A DNA stretch of 64,000 nt from Myxococcota bacterium (GCA_041687695.1 JAWLBL010000002.1:318983-382982), one strand, 5' to 3'. Numbered from the stretch's first letter, positions 38,377 to 48,877 are shown. Notes: a model not told the origin generated them from the sequence alone. A program made the numbers and translations.

Positions 38377-39474
38377 TCAGAGCTGCAGCCGCAGCGCCAC
38401 GGTGCCGACCAGGGCCGCCGCGCTCTGCGAGCTCTTGGACGCCTGGTTGTACAGCAGCCCGCCCTGGCCGGGGTCGAAGCTGCCCGGCGCGTCGCCCAGA
38501 TCGGCCGAGATCTCGTCCTGGCTCATCACCGCGAGATCCAGCTGCGCGGTCAGCGCGACGGGGCCCATCACCAGATCCAGCCCGACGTGCGGCCGGATGG
38601 TGAAGCGCGCCGGCGGCGTCTCGTAGTGGTTGGTGCGGTCCTCGAACACCACCGGGTCCTGGTCGACCTCCTCGCCGGCGACCCGGTCGATGGTGGCCGT
38701 CGCGCGAAGGCGCGTGCCGCCCGTGACGCTGCCGTCCGCGATGACCAGACCAACGCCGGTGAACGGGCGCAGCGGCCCCCACTTCCAGGCGACGCGCAGC
38801 TCGGGCGTGAAGGCGTACAGGCTCCACGCCATGCGCGGCGCGCCCGAGAACGTGTAGGTCCCCTCGACCGTGCCCTGGTCGGTCTCGACCGTGTAGGGGC
38901 TCTCGAAGCCGGCGCCGACCTCCATGTGGCCGCCGTAGTAGGACCCGCCGACGCCGATGATGAAGGCGGGCAGGGCGCCCTTGGCCTCGTTGATGCGGAA
39001 GCGGAACTGCCCGGCGACCTGCACGAGGCCCACCGAGACGCTGATGTCCTCGCCCGCGATGTCGAGATCGGGCAGGAAGTGGACGTCCAGGCCCAGCTCG
39101 AAGCCGTGGCCGAAGCCGATGCCGGTCGTGATGCCGAACTGCGGCCACGGGAAGTTGCCGGGCAGCGCCTCCTCGAGGTTGAGCAGATCGGTCCCGCGGC
39201 CCACCTGGTTGAACTGGTTCATCAAGCCGACGCGCAGCGGGACCACGCCGAACGAGAAGCCCTGGGTGTCGTCCTGCAGATCGATGCCGGCGCCCAGGCC
39301 CGACTGCGCCATCATCGACGGCAGGTGCTGCGCCAGCCAGATGGGCGTGTTGACCGTCAGGGCCGTCACGTCGTTGGTCAGCCGATCGAGGATGTCGGCG
39401 CTCTGGGCCAGGGCGGGCCCGGTCGGGGCGGCGGCGAGGCCCAGCGTGAGCAGGGCGGCGAGGCGGCTACGCAT
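38377..39474 (-). CDS. Secreted protein, probable outer-membrane beta-barrel
   Basis: Signal peptide ALA-Q, amphipathic beta strands and C-terminal VALRLQL. Confidence 0.75.
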   Translation of the reverse strand: MRSRLAALLTLGLAAAPTGPALAQSADILDRLTNDVTALTVNTPIWLAQHLPSMMAQSGLGAGIDLQDDTQGFSFGVVPLRVGLMNQFNQVGRGTDLLNLEEALPGNFPWPQFGITTGIGFGHGFELGLDVHFLPDLDIAGEDISVSVGLVQVAGQFRFRINEAKGALPAFIIGVGGSYYGGHMEVGAGFESPYTVETDQGTVEGTYTFSGAPRMAWSLYAFTPELRVAWKWGPLRPFTGVGLVIADGSVTGGTRLRATATIDRVAGEEVDQDPVVFEDRTNHYETPPARFTIRPHVGLDLVMGPVALTAQLDLAVMSQDEISADLGDAPGSFDPGQGGLLYNQASKSSQSAAALVGTVALRLQL

Positions 39475-39540
39475 TCAGCAGCTCCGAGAGGTCGTTGAGG
39501 AACGCAAGACTAGCCGCATGGAGATCCGGATGCCACCCGC

Positions 39541-41727
39541 TCACAGCCGCAGCTCGAGGCCGCCCGTCAGGCTCCAGCCGCGCCCGACGGCCGCCGCGCC
39601 CTCGCGCTCGAAGCCCTCGCGCCACCACAGCGCGCGCGCCAGCAGCCCCAGCGGCCCCAGCGCCGCCGTCAACATCGCCCGGTGCTCGAGCCGCGACACG
39701 TCCCGCGCCCGCTCGCTCAGCACCAGCGCCGCCGGCGCCAGCGCGTAGTCCAGCTCGAAGCGCAGCGCCCCGCCCGACGCGAAGGCCGCCCGCAGCCCGA
39801 CCAGCGGCGACAGCCGCAGCGCCTCGACGTCCACGCTGGCCCCGCCCGTGGCCAGCTCGCCCGACACGTGCAGCGCCGCCATCCCCAGCAGCGGGTCGTT
39901 CCACGTCGCGAAGCGCACTGGCACGCCCAGGCGCGCCTGCAGATCGACCCCGACCGGCCCGCCGCCGTCCGGCTGCACCACCCCCAGCCCCAGCTGGTAG
40001 TCCAGCCCGACCTGCGCGCCCAGCCCGCCCGGCCCATCCCACACGCGGTCCCGCCCGACCGCCCCGCCCCGCAGGTGCACGCCGTAGGCCCACCAGCCAC
40101 CCGCCGCCGCGCCGCCCGGCCCCTCGGCCAGCGCGCCCACCGTCGCCCCGCGGGTGCCGACCAGGCCCAGCGCCGTGTCGTGCCCCAGGGCGATGGCGCT
40201 CGGGTTCGGCCCTTCCGTCTCCCGCGGGGTCCGCAGCGGCGCCAGCGCGCTCAGGGCCTCGGCCGCCGCCGCGTCGGGCGCGGGCAGCGGCGGGTCCGCG
40301 GGCACGGCCAGGGCCTGCGGCGTGTGCCGATCCCCGCGCACGGCCCGCTCCAGCTCGGCCGGCGTCAGCCCGTAGCGCCTGTGGAACGCCGCGCCCGCGG
40401 CCGCCGGCACGTACCCGAGCAGCCGCAGGGCCAGCACGAAGTGGTGCTCGGCCTCGAACGGCCGGGCCTCGGCGCCCGCCGAGAAGGCCCGCACCAGGTG
40501 CTCCTTGCCCCACCAGGTCGTCACGTCGCGGGCGCGCGCCTGCACCGCCTCGCGGGCCCGCCCGACCGCCTCGGCGCGCAGGGCCCCGGGCGAGGCCGTC
40601 CCGTCGAAGGCCCGCTCGCCGTGCGGCGTCTTCCAGGCGCGGTCCTCGCGCTCGAGCTCGACCTCGACGGGCAGCGTCAGGCTCTGGTCGCCCCAGGTCA
40701 GCACCGCCCGTCCGATCAGCGCGTAGCTGACCCGGACGTGCTGCACGTCGCGCTGGCCGGACCGCTCGACCAGCCGGTGGCGGGTCACCTTCAGCACCTC
40801 GTGCTTGGGCTGGCCGGCCTTGTCGGTCCCCACCTGGACCTTCTCCTCGGCCACGAACGGCTCGCGCTCCTGGTAGGTGTAGGCCTCCGAGGTCGTCCAG
40901 CGCTCCTCGCGGGGCGCGCAGCGGCGCAGCGTCAACCGCAGCGCGACCGGCAGCCCCGGGCCCCGAGGCAGGGCGTCGGCCAGCGCGCGCCCCTCGGCGG
41001 CGCAGGGGCCCTCGGCGGTCACCTGCCAGCTCAGGCGCGTGGCGGCCTCGACCTCGCGCCGCGTGGCCTCGAGCGCGGCGCCCGGGTCGGCGCCGAAGCG
41101 GGTGGCCAGTGACAGGTGCAGCAGCGCGGCCGCCGGGTGGGCCGAGGCGCGGTAGGCCAGGCTCAGGTGGTGGCGGGCGGCGGCCTCGGCGGCCTCGGCC
41201 AGGCGGCGCAGGACCGGGTGGTCGGCGGGGACGGCCGGAGCGTCCGGCGACCGGAAGGGCGAGGCGATGCGCTCGGCGCGGGCCAGCGCGCGCGCGTAGG
41301 CCGTCGGGTCGAGCAGGCGGGCGACCTCGGGCCACAGGGCCTCGGCCGCTTCGGTCATCGCGCTGAGGACCGCCGCCTCGGCGCGGGGGCTGGCCTGCCA
41401 CGCGGCGACCTGCCGCCGCAGGCTGGCCAGCTCGGCCAGGGCGGCCTCGGCCTCGCCGCCGGCGACGCGGGCCCGGGCGTGGGTCAGGCGCTGCTCGACC
41501 AGGGCCTCGGCGGCGCGGGCCAGGCGCTCGCGCAGCGCGGCGCCGGCCTCGGAGCGTGGCGGCACCTCGCGATCGAGGGCGGCGCGGTAGTTCGACACGG
41601 CGTGATCCCAGCGGCCGGCGGCGGCGTGGGCGTCGGCGGCGCGGCCGTACCACGAGGCCTGGCAACCCAGGGCGGCCCAAGCGGCGAGGAGCACGGCGAT
41701 CGGGGCGAGCGCGAGGCGTCGGTGCAC
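39541..41727 (-). CDS. Lipoprotein with helical N-terminus and beta-barrel-like C-terminus
   Basis: Lipobox ALGC, TPR-like start, and about 230 C-terminal aa of alternating strands ending GGLELRL. Confidence 0.65.
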   Translation of the reverse strand: MHRRLALAPIAVLLAAWAALGCQASWYGRAADAHAAAGRWDHAVSNYRAALDREVPPRSEAGAALRERLARAAEALVEQRLTHARARVAGGEAEAALAELASLRRQVAAWQASPRAEAAVLSAMTEAAEALWPEVARLLDPTAYARALARAERIASPFRSPDAPAVPADHPVLRRLAEAAEAAARHHLSLAYRASAHPAAALLHLSLATRFGADPGAALEATRREVEAATRLSWQVTAEGPCAAEGRALADALPRGPGLPVALRLTLRRCAPREERWTTSEAYTYQEREPFVAEEKVQVGTDKAGQPKHEVLKVTRHRLVERSGQRDVQHVRVSYALIGRAVLTWGDQSLTLPVEVELEREDRAWKTPHGERAFDGTASPGALRAEAVGRAREAVQARARDVTTWWGKEHLVRAFSAGAEARPFEAEHHFVLALRLLGYVPAAAGAAFHRRYGLTPAELERAVRGDRHTPQALAVPADPPLPAPDAAAAEALSALAPLRTPRETEGPNPSAIALGHDTALGLVGTRGATVGALAEGPGGAAAGGWWAYGVHLRGGAVGRDRVWDGPGGLGAQVGLDYQLGLGVVQPDGGGPVGVDLQARLGVPVRFATWNDPLLGMAALHVSGELATGGASVDVEALRLSPLVGLRAAFASGGALRFELDYALAPAALVLSERARDVSRLEHRAMLTAALGPLGLLARALWWREGFEREGAAAVGRGWSLTGGLELRL

Positions 41728-41782
41728 GGCCGCGGAGGGTAGCCGGTCGCGGGGGGCGATGCACGCGCGGCGGCGCGTCCGG

Positions 41783-43123
41783 TCAGGCGAGGTGTGCGAA
41801 CAGGATGGAGCAGATCCATGCGGCGGCGACGGCGCCGGCGACGTCGGCCGAGAGGCCGGCCACCAGGGCGTGGCGGACGCGGGTGACGCCGACCGCGCCG
41901 AAGTAGACGGCCAGCACGTAGAAGGTGGTCTCGGTCGAGCCGTTGAGCACGCCGACCAGGGTGCCGACGTAGGAGTCGGGGCCGTGGGTGTGGATGATCT
42001 CGGTCATCAGGCCGAAGGCGCCCGAGCCCGACAGGGGGCGGACGATGGCCATGGGGAGGGCCTCGGCGGGCATGCCGAGGGGCTCGGTGGCCAGGCCCAG
42101 GGTCGCGGTGAGGGCGTCCATGGCGCCGGAGGCGCGGAACATGCCGACGGCGACCAGCACCGCGACCAGGTAGGGGATGATGCGGACGGCGGTCTCGAAG
42201 CCCTCGCGGGCGCCGGCGACGAAGACCTCGTAGACCTTGACGCGGCGGGCGGCGCCGAAGAGGACCAGGGCGACGACCAGGACGGGGATGACCCAGTCGC
42301 CGGCGGTCTGGGTGAAGGCGCGCAGATCCTGGCCGGTCGGGTCGCCGCCGGGGAGCAGGGCCGACCAGACGGCGGGGACGGTGAGGGCGCCCAGGCCAAG
42401 GACCAGGAAGGCGCCCAGGGCGTAGTGGCCCCAGCCGCGCTCGGGGGTGGTGGGCAGGTCGAGGGCGGGGACGGGCGGCTCGGGCAGCGCCGCGGCGGGG
42501 GTGTCGGGCGCGGTGGCGGCGGCGCCGGGGTCGACGGGGGGCGGGGCGAAGGCGCGCAGGCGGGCCAGGGACTTGGCGACCAGCACGCCGACCACGGTCG
42601 CGCAGGCGGTGGCGAACAGGCTCGGGGCGACGATGGACCAGGGGTCGGCCGACCCGGCGGCGGCGCGGACCGAGACGACGCCGCTAGGCAGCAGGGCGAG
42701 GCCGCTCGTGTTGATCGCCAGGAACAGGACCATGGCGTTGGAGGCGACGCCGGGGGTCGGGTTGAGGCGGTTCAGCTCCTGCATCGCCTTGATGCCCAGC
42801 GGGGTCGCGGCGTTGCCGAGGCCCAGCATGTTGGCGGCGATGTTGAGGATCATCGCGCCCATGGCCGGGTGATCGGGCGGCACGTCCGGGAACAGGCGGA
42901 CCATCACGGGGCGGATGGCGCGGGCCAGAAGCTTGAGCAGGCCCCCTTCCTCCGCGACCTTCATCAGGCCCAGGAACAGCGCCATGTAGCCGATGAGGCT
43001 CAGGGCCAGATCGACGGCGCCCCGGGCCGAGGTGAAGATGGCCTGCGACACGGCGCCCATGTCCCCGACCACCGCGGCGACCAGGAACGAGACGACGACG
43101 ATGGCGGCGAAGACCTGGTTCAC
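41783..43123 (-). CDS. Fused SpmA/SpmB (nucleoside recognition gate) membrane protein
   Basis: Motifs ANMLGLGNAATPLGIKAM, RPLSGSGA and STETTFYVLAVYFGAVG. GTG start is inferred. Confidence 0.9.
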   Translation of the reverse strand: MNQVFAAIVVVSFLVAAVVGDMGAVSQAIFTSARGAVDLALSLIGYMALFLGLMKVAEEGGLLKLLARAIRPVMVRLFPDVPPDHPAMGAMILNIAANMLGLGNAATPLGIKAMQELNRLNPTPGVASNAMVLFLAINTSGLALLPSGVVSVRAAAGSADPWSIVAPSLFATACATVVGVLVAKSLARLRAFAPPPVDPGAAATAPDTPAAALPEPPVPALDLPTTPERGWGHYALGAFLVLGLGALTVPAVWSALLPGGDPTGQDLRAFTQTAGDWVIPVLVVALVLFGAARRVKVYEVFVAGAREGFETAVRIIPYLVAVLVAVGMFRASGAMDALTATLGLATEPLGMPAEALPMAIVRPLSGSGAFGLMTEIIHTHGPDSYVGTLVGVLNGSTETTFYVLAVYFGAVGVTRVRHALVAGLSADVAGAVAAAWICSILFAHLA

Positions 43124-43204
43124 GGCCCGCACCCTACTCGATGGGCGCCCGCGGGCAACTTGCGCGGCCGATCGCCCCAGCGCCCGCGGGGTGGCGCCGG
43201 GCGG

Positions 43205-43259
43205 GGAATCGATTCCTGGCAACTCCACTCTTGCTCCCGCCGGGCCTTTCGCATACAAG
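43205..43259 (+). promoter_or_regulatory. Palindrome plus sigma70-like promoter in the spmAB / small-ORF divergent region
   Basis: Perfect palindrome GGAATCGATTCC (43205-43216); TTGCTC-17 nt-TACAAG (43231-43259). Confidence 0.4.
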
Positions 43260-43293
43260 GCCTCGGCTCGGAACGAAGCCAGAGGGAAGCAAC

Positions 43294-43464
43294 GTGGCGA
43301 ACACCAAGAACGTCGGCGATCGCAGCAAGCGCAAGGAACTCAAGCGCGAGCTCCGCAAGAAGCTCAAGGAGACCTTCGCGGGTCTCGGCAAGAAGGAAAA
43401 GCGCGAGTTCGGCAAGAGCGAGACCAAGGGTCTGCGCGCCTGGATCGCCGAAAAGAAGTCCTGA
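43294..43464 (+). CDS. Small Lys/Arg-rich protein (56 aa)
   Basis: RBS AGAGGGA before the GTG; consistent G/C-ending codons (AAG, GAG, CGC); sequence MANTKNVGDRSKRKELKRELRKKLKE... Confidence 0.75.
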   Translation: MANTKNVGDRSKRKELKRELRKKLKETFAGLGKKEKREFGKSETKGLRAWIAEKKS

Positions 43465-43515
43465 TCCTGGTCGCGCGCGCCCAGCGCGTGACCGAGCGGG
43501 TCGAGGGAGAGCTCC

Positions 43516-44382
43516 GTGCGCATCCGTAAGGCTGTGATCCCTGCGGCGGGGCTCGGCACCCGCCTGCTCCCGGCCACCAAGGCCGTCCCCAAAGAGATGA
43601 TGCCCATCGGGATCAAGCCGGCCATCCAGCTGATCGTCGAGGAGTGCGTCAACAGCGGGATCGAGACGGTCGTCCTGGTCAACGGGCGCTACAAGGGCGC
43701 GCTCGAGGACCACTTCGACGTGGCCTACGAGGTCGAGGACACGCTGCGCCAGAGCGGCAAGACCGAGCTGCTCGAGCGCATCGAGCCGCTCAGCCGCATG
43801 GTCGACCTCGTCAGCGTCCGCCAGAACCGCCCGCTCGGCCTGGGTCACGCGGTGCTGTGCGCGCGCCCCATCCTGGGTGACGACGAGCCGTTCGCCGTGC
43901 TGCTGCCCGACGACATCGTCGACGCCGAGCGGCCCGCGACGCGGCAGCTGGTCGACGTCTACGAAGAGACGGGCCTCGGCGCCATCGCGCTGGTCGAGGT
44001 CCCGCCGGGCAACGAGCACATGTACGGCATCATCACCGGCGATCCGGTGGCGGCCGGGCGCTTCCGCTGCTCGTCGATGGTCGAAAAACCCCGCCCCGGC
44101 ACGGCGCCCAGCAACCTGGGCATCGTCGGCCGCTACGTCCTGCCGGGCGCCATCTTCCGCCACCTGGCCGAGACGAACCCCGGCCACGGCGGCGAGATCC
44201 AGCTGACCGACGCCCTCATCAAGCTGATGGAGACGCAAGGCCTGTACGGCCACGTCCTCGAGGGCACCCGCTTCGACACCGGCGAGTCGGCCGGCCTCAT
44301 CGAGGCCAACATCGCCTACGCGATGAAGGACCCGGCCATCCGCGACCGCCTGCGCCGCTTCATGGCCCAGTACGTCGGCTGA
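43516..44382 (+). CDS. galU: UTP--glucose-1-phosphate uridylyltransferase
   Basis: Motifs KAVIPAAGLGTRLLPATKAVPKEM, LGLGHAV, VEKP and GEIQLTDA. Confidence 0.95.
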   Translation: MRIRKAVIPAAGLGTRLLPATKAVPKEMMPIGIKPAIQLIVEECVNSGIETVVLVNGRYKGALEDHFDVAYEVEDTLRQSGKTELLERIEPLSRMVDLVSVRQNRPLGLGHAVLCARPILGDDEPFAVLLPDDIVDAERPATRQLVDVYEETGLGAIALVEVPPGNEHMYGIITGDPVAAGRFRCSSMVEKPRPGTAPSNLGIVGRYVLPGAIFRHLAETNPGHGGEIQLTDALIKLMETQGLYGHVLEGTRFDTGESAGLIEANIAYAMKDPAIRDRLRRFMAQYVG

Positions 44383-44397
44383 TCGCGCGGCACCGGC

Positions 44398-46209
44398 TCA
44401 CCACACGCGCGTGAACTCCTCGACCCTCAGTCGAGCCCGCGCCAGCACCCGGTCCAGTCGCGCCAACGTGCGCGTCCGTTCGGCGTCGCCCGCAGAGTCC
44501 CCCGAGAGCACGGCGAGGCGGACTACTTCGGCCACCCCCGCGACCGGGAGTGGCTGCGCTGCCAGGGCGCGGAGCAGGCCTTCCCGACCCAGCCCGGCCG
44601 GAGCGATACGCAGAGCCGTGTCGACGGCCGCGGCTTCGGAATCGGGAGCGATGTCGCCTAGCCATCGCAAGTCGGAGTCGAGGTCGGATGGCGTACGCCA
44701 CCCGGGCTCGTCGTCGCCAATGAGGGCCCATAGCCTCTCGATCCGATCCCGGGCGTCGCCCTCGTAGCGCTCCTCGCCACCTCCCTCGCGTTCGCCCAGG
44801 GCGAGGCCCACCACGAACTTCAGGGCCTGCAGCGCCTCGCGCTCCCGCTGGGATGGGCTGCCGTGCTCCAGCACGGCCCTCACGTACCGAAGCGCTTCGT
44901 CGAGTTTCCCTGCCCGGATGAGCAGGCGCGCCTGGAGCGCGAGTGGGACCTGCCCAACGCAAAGCTCGCTCTCCTCGATCCATGCGATTGTAGCGTCGGC
45001 ACCTGTCGTGATCGCCATCAGCTCTGCAAGGGCTGCGCAGTCGCTGTCGTCGAGCGCGAGGGCCGTCGCTCGCTCGAGGAGCCGCCGCGCGCTCGCCCTA
45101 CGACCGACGATCGCCTCCCGCTCCGCCCGGAGCCGCAGGATCCGAGCCAACTCACCCGCCAGCCACGGCTTGTCACCGCCGCGCACGATCTCCTCCTCGA
45201 GCGCCGTCTGGTAGAGCGCGGTGGGCCCGTCTGGCGCCACCTTGGCGTGCGTCGCGCGCCCCGTCCCCGGCAGGGGCCAGGGACTGCGCTCGCCACCGAC
45301 CATCGACTGGCGCACCACCTCCCACCGCCCGCGCCAAGCCAGCGCCGCAAGCCCTTCGAAGTCGTCAGGCGCGACATCACCCAGCGCGTCGGTACCGGCT
45401 CCGAAGGCGTCCAGATCCTCTGCCAGCCCCGCGACAGCGGCGGCCGACCCGCAATGCGGTTCGTCAGCGAGCGCCTGCAGCCCTTCCGCAGCCAGGACCA
45501 GCGAGCAATGCTGTCTCTGCAGCCCGCCACGCTCGAGCGCGCGAGCCGCTTGCACGGTGCGCCCCACGGCCATGGCCGCTTCGATGTGTCGTCGCGCCGG
45601 CCTGGCCAGCTCGGCTTCCCACGCGGCGCGTTCGAGCAGCCCCGCGCGAAGCAGCCGGTCGATGTTCGAGCCACCCCCTTCGCCCGTGACCTGGCGCTGG
45701 CGCCAGTCCCCTGGCATCCCCCACGGCGGGAACTCGAGGATCACGAAATCCTCATCGGGCTTCAGCACCCACGCCAGGCCCAGCGCGCGCCGGCCGCCGT
45801 CCGGCGCCATGGCCGCCGCACCCCGTAGCGCCCGGCTCGCCGCGGAGGCGACCCACCTCATACGCCTCTCGGCCGCGTCACGGTGGCCTGGCAGCCTCGC
45901 AATCCAGCCCAGCTGCGCCAGGCTGGCCAATGCGAGCCGCTCGATCTCGGCGGCTCGCTCCGCGCTCGCGCCCTGTGGCGCCTCGGTCATCGCGTCGATC
46001 GCGTCCGACACGTCCGCCCCGTCGAGCAGCGCCCGCGGCACGCCCGCGTACGCCCCGCCCAGCACCGCCACGCCCAGCACCGCCCACAGGACCCACACGC
46101 GCCGCCTCCGGGGCCGCGGGAGCGGGGGCCCAGACGGACCCGCGTGCTCGGCCTCGCCGACGTCGGGCCGGTCCACCGCGTCGTGCTTCGGCAGGTCCAA
46201 CGCGGTCAT
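44398..46209 (-). CDS. Membrane-anchored helical hypothetical protein
   Basis: 603-aa ORF with one N-terminal TM, coupled (ATGA) to the upstream HEAT-repeat gene; less biased codon usage than the flanking genes. Confidence 0.65.
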   Translation of the reverse strand: MTALDLPKHDAVDRPDVGEAEHAGPSGPPLPRPRRRRVWVLWAVLGVAVLGGAYAGVPRALLDGADVSDAIDAMTEAPQGASAERAAEIERLALASLAQLGWIARLPGHRDAAERRMRWVASAASRALRGAAAMAPDGGRRALGLAWVLKPDEDFVILEFPPWGMPGDWRQRQVTGEGGGSNIDRLLRAGLLERAAWEAELARPARRHIEAAMAVGRTVQAARALERGGLQRQHCSLVLAAEGLQALADEPHCGSAAAVAGLAEDLDAFGAGTDALGDVAPDDFEGLAALAWRGRWEVVRQSMVGGERSPWPLPGTGRATHAKVAPDGPTALYQTALEEEIVRGGDKPWLAGELARILRLRAEREAIVGRRASARRLLERATALALDDSDCAALAELMAITTGADATIAWIEESELCVGQVPLALQARLLIRAGKLDEALRYVRAVLEHGSPSQREREALQALKFVVGLALGEREGGGEERYEGDARDRIERLWALIGDDEPGWRTPSDLDSDLRWLGDIAPDSEAAAVDTALRIAPAGLGREGLLRALAAQPLPVAGVAEVVRLAVLSGDSAGDAERTRTLARLDRVLARARLRVEEFTRVW

Positions 46210-48806
46210 CGCTCATCCTCCTCGAACCCGGTCGCCGGCTGTCCGGCCAGGTACTTGCGCAGCCGCTTCGCCATCCCTTCGTCGTGGGGCACGGCTCGCA
46301 GCGCCCTCTGCTGCACCGCGAACGCCTGCCCCCGCGTCTCGGGTCTGCGACTCATCACCGCCGCCAGGGTGTCCAGGACGGCTCCGTCCGGTGTGGCCTT
46401 CGCGGCCGCCAGCGCCCACGCGAGCGCGCGATCCAGCTGCTCCGGCGTCGCCCTCGGGCACCTCACGACCGCCCACGCCAGGGTGTTCAGGTCCGACGCG
46501 CGTCGATGCACCGCGACCGCCTCGGCTTCGCGCGTCAGCAGGTCGCACTTGCCCGCCTCCGCGGCTGCTCCCAGCAGCTCGGGCGTGACCACACCGGACT
46601 CCAACGGCTCCGACGCCAGCCTGGCGACCAGCCGACGCACCACGTCCCGACGCTCCAGCTCGTCCGCGCGGACGATCAGCGCCGCCAGCGTCTCCTGCCG
46701 CTGTCGCCGCGTGCGCTCGGGGGCTCGGGTCAGCGCCAGCCACGCCGCCAAGGCGCCGCTGGGCTCCGGCGGGTCGAAGTCCTCGGCGCGCACGAGGTGC
46801 GTCATGGCGTCGAACAGCGCCTGCGCCGTTGAGGCCTCCTCGGCCTCGACGTGGGCGTTCGCCAGCTGGGCACCCACGACGAGGCGAGCCTCGTCCGTCA
46901 ACGCGGCGAGCCGCTGCCGGGCATACCACGGCTGCCACTCGCCCAGGGCCTCGGCGAGACGGAGCGCGCTGTCGCGATCTCGCCGGCTCCCAGCCTCTTG
47001 CACCAGCAAGGCCAGTTCGACCCGCTTGGTCACGGCCGCTCCCGGAAGCTCGGCGCGGCGCACGGCGCCCTGATCGACCAGCGCCATCGTCAGCGGCTCG
47101 CCGATGGCCTCGCAAGCGATGAGTCGCGCCTTGGCCTCGGCGATGGCCACCTCGTCGCCCACTCGGACCAGCCCCTCCTCGAAGTCGGCGCGGGCCTCGG
47201 AGCTGGTCGCGCCGTCTCGCCATCGGCGCACGTGCGCGATGACAGCCGCGCGGTCACGGCACGCCGTGAGCCACTCCAGCAACTGGCGTCGCCACGGGGC
47301 GTCCAGGGTGACTGCCACGGCGTCCCACAGCGCGAGGCGCCGGGCTTCGGGATAGGCCGGCGACAGCTTCATGACCAGCTTGCCGTAGTCGGGCGCTTCG
47401 GCCGCCAACTCCAAGCTACGCGCCACGAGCGCGTCGCTCGCCCCCAACGGCGCCACCCGGGCGAGCGCATAGGACGCAGCCTTGGCGTGGTGCGAGTCGG
47501 CCGGCCCGTCCAACGCGCTCCTCAGGGATGCGGCCAGGCGGTCGTCCCCCAACCACCCGGCCAGCTCGGCCGCCGCCTGGACGTACCGCCACCAGCGATC
47601 CAGGTCGTCTTCGGTCGACAACGCCGCTGCGAGCGCTTCGGACGTCCCGCCGGGCCCCGGCGTATACCGGCCGAAGCGCCACTCCAGCCAGCGTTGGCTC
47701 GCCAGCGCCGCCGGGCCGCCCCCCTCGGCCAGCGGCGCGAGCGCGTCCAGACCGAACCACGGCTTCGTGTCCGGCTGCTCGACCTGCTCCTCCAGCGCCA
47801 ACAACGCCGCCAACCGCGCGGCCGCCGGGGCCCGCGCCAGCCGCTCGAGCATCGGCGTATGGGAACGCCAGGACACCGCGCGCATCAAGGCACCGGCGCT
47901 GGTCGCGTCCAGCCCCGACACCTCGCGCTCGGCAAGCGCCAGGAGCTCTTCGTCGTAGGTGCGGCCCCACAAGGCGGTCAGATCGGCACCACGCACCCCG
48001 CCGATCTCCAGCACCATCGCGACGGCCTCGTCCCTCGGCGCCAGCGCCGCCAGCGCCCGCCCCGCCGCGAGCCGGACGTCGGCCTCTTCGGAGGCCAGCC
48101 CCTTCGCGAGGGCCTCGCGCGCCTCGGGCCAGGTCCCGGTCGCCCGCAGGCGCGCCAGCTGGCCGAACTCGCTATCCAGCCACGCCGGCCAGTCCTGGAT
48201 GACGTCACCCGTGATGGTCGTCAAGGCCCGGCGCAGGCGCCTGGCGCGCTCAGGGTCGGCGCCGGGCAGCCCCGCGACCATCGCGTCGACCACCGACCAG
48301 CCCAGCTCGACCAGCGTGTCCTGGGCGCCCTGGGCGACCGCGACCTCCTCGTCGCCCAGCCGGCCGACGACCCGCCCCGCCAGCGGCTCCGGCACCGTCT
48401 CCCACAGCCCCAGCCCCCGTACGGCCGCCAGCCGCACCCTGGGGCTCTCGTCGGCCATCAGCAGCTCGAGCAGCGCGACCGCCCCGGCGTCCGTCCGCTC
48501 GCGCTCCAGCAGCGTCACCAGCAGCTCGCGCCGCCAGGGCTCGTCGGCGCCGACCACCCAGTCCCGCAGCGCCCGGCTCGCCTCCGGCTCCGGCCGCGCC
48601 GCCAACCCCCTGACCGCGGTCAGCCGCGTGACCTCGTCACTATCCTGCAGCGCGGCCACCAGCGCGCCCACGTCGCCCGCCTCCGCCGCCTCGAAGGCCT
48701 GCAGCCGCCGCACCGTCTCGGGCGGCTCGCAACCCCCGGCGCCCACCAGCAGCACGACACACGCGATGACTCCAACCCAGCCCCGACCCGATCCGATGAC
48801 TCGCAT
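46206..48806 (-). CDS. HEAT-repeat lipoprotein with C-terminal TPR-like segment
   Basis: Lipobox AGGC; repeats LQDSDEVTRLTAVRGL, MADESPRVRLAAVRGLG, ASEEADVRLAAGRAL; C-terminal LNTLAW...LDTLA. Confidence 0.75.
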   Translation of the reverse strand: MRVIGSGRGWVGVIACVVLLVGAGGCEPPETVRRLQAFEAAEAGDVGALVAALQDSDEVTRLTAVRGLAARPEPEASRALRDWVVGADEPWRRELLVTLLERERTDAGAVALLELLMADESPRVRLAAVRGLGLWETVPEPLAGRVVGRLGDEEVAVAQGAQDTLVELGWSVVDAMVAGLPGADPERARRLRRALTTITGDVIQDWPAWLDSEFGQLARLRATGTWPEAREALAKGLASEEADVRLAAGRALAALAPRDEAVAMVLEIGGVRGADLTALWGRTYDEELLALAEREVSGLDATSAGALMRAVSWRSHTPMLERLARAPAAARLAALLALEEQVEQPDTKPWFGLDALAPLAEGGGPAALASQRWLEWRFGRYTPGPGGTSEALAAALSTEDDLDRWWRYVQAAAELAGWLGDDRLAASLRSALDGPADSHHAKAASYALARVAPLGASDALVARSLELAAEAPDYGKLVMKLSPAYPEARRLALWDAVAVTLDAPWRRQLLEWLTACRDRAAVIAHVRRWRDGATSSEARADFEEGLVRVGDEVAIAEAKARLIACEAIGEPLTMALVDQGAVRRAELPGAAVTKRVELALLVQEAGSRRDRDSALRLAEALGEWQPWYARQRLAALTDEARLVVGAQLANAHVEAEEASTAQALFDAMTHLVRAEDFDPPEPSGALAAWLALTRAPERTRRQRQETLAALIVRADELERRDVVRRLVARLASEPLESGVVTPELLGAAAEAGKCDLLTREAEAVAVHRRASDLNTLAWAVVRCPRATPEQLDRALAWALAAAKATPDGAVLDTLAAVMSRRPETRGQAFAVQQRALRAVPHDEGMAKRLRKYLAGQPATGFEEDER

Positions 48807-48877
48807 CCAACCAAGCTAGACCTGCCCCTGCGCGGCTGTAAACCCGACCTCGCGGGTGCGACGCCCCGACCCACGCG

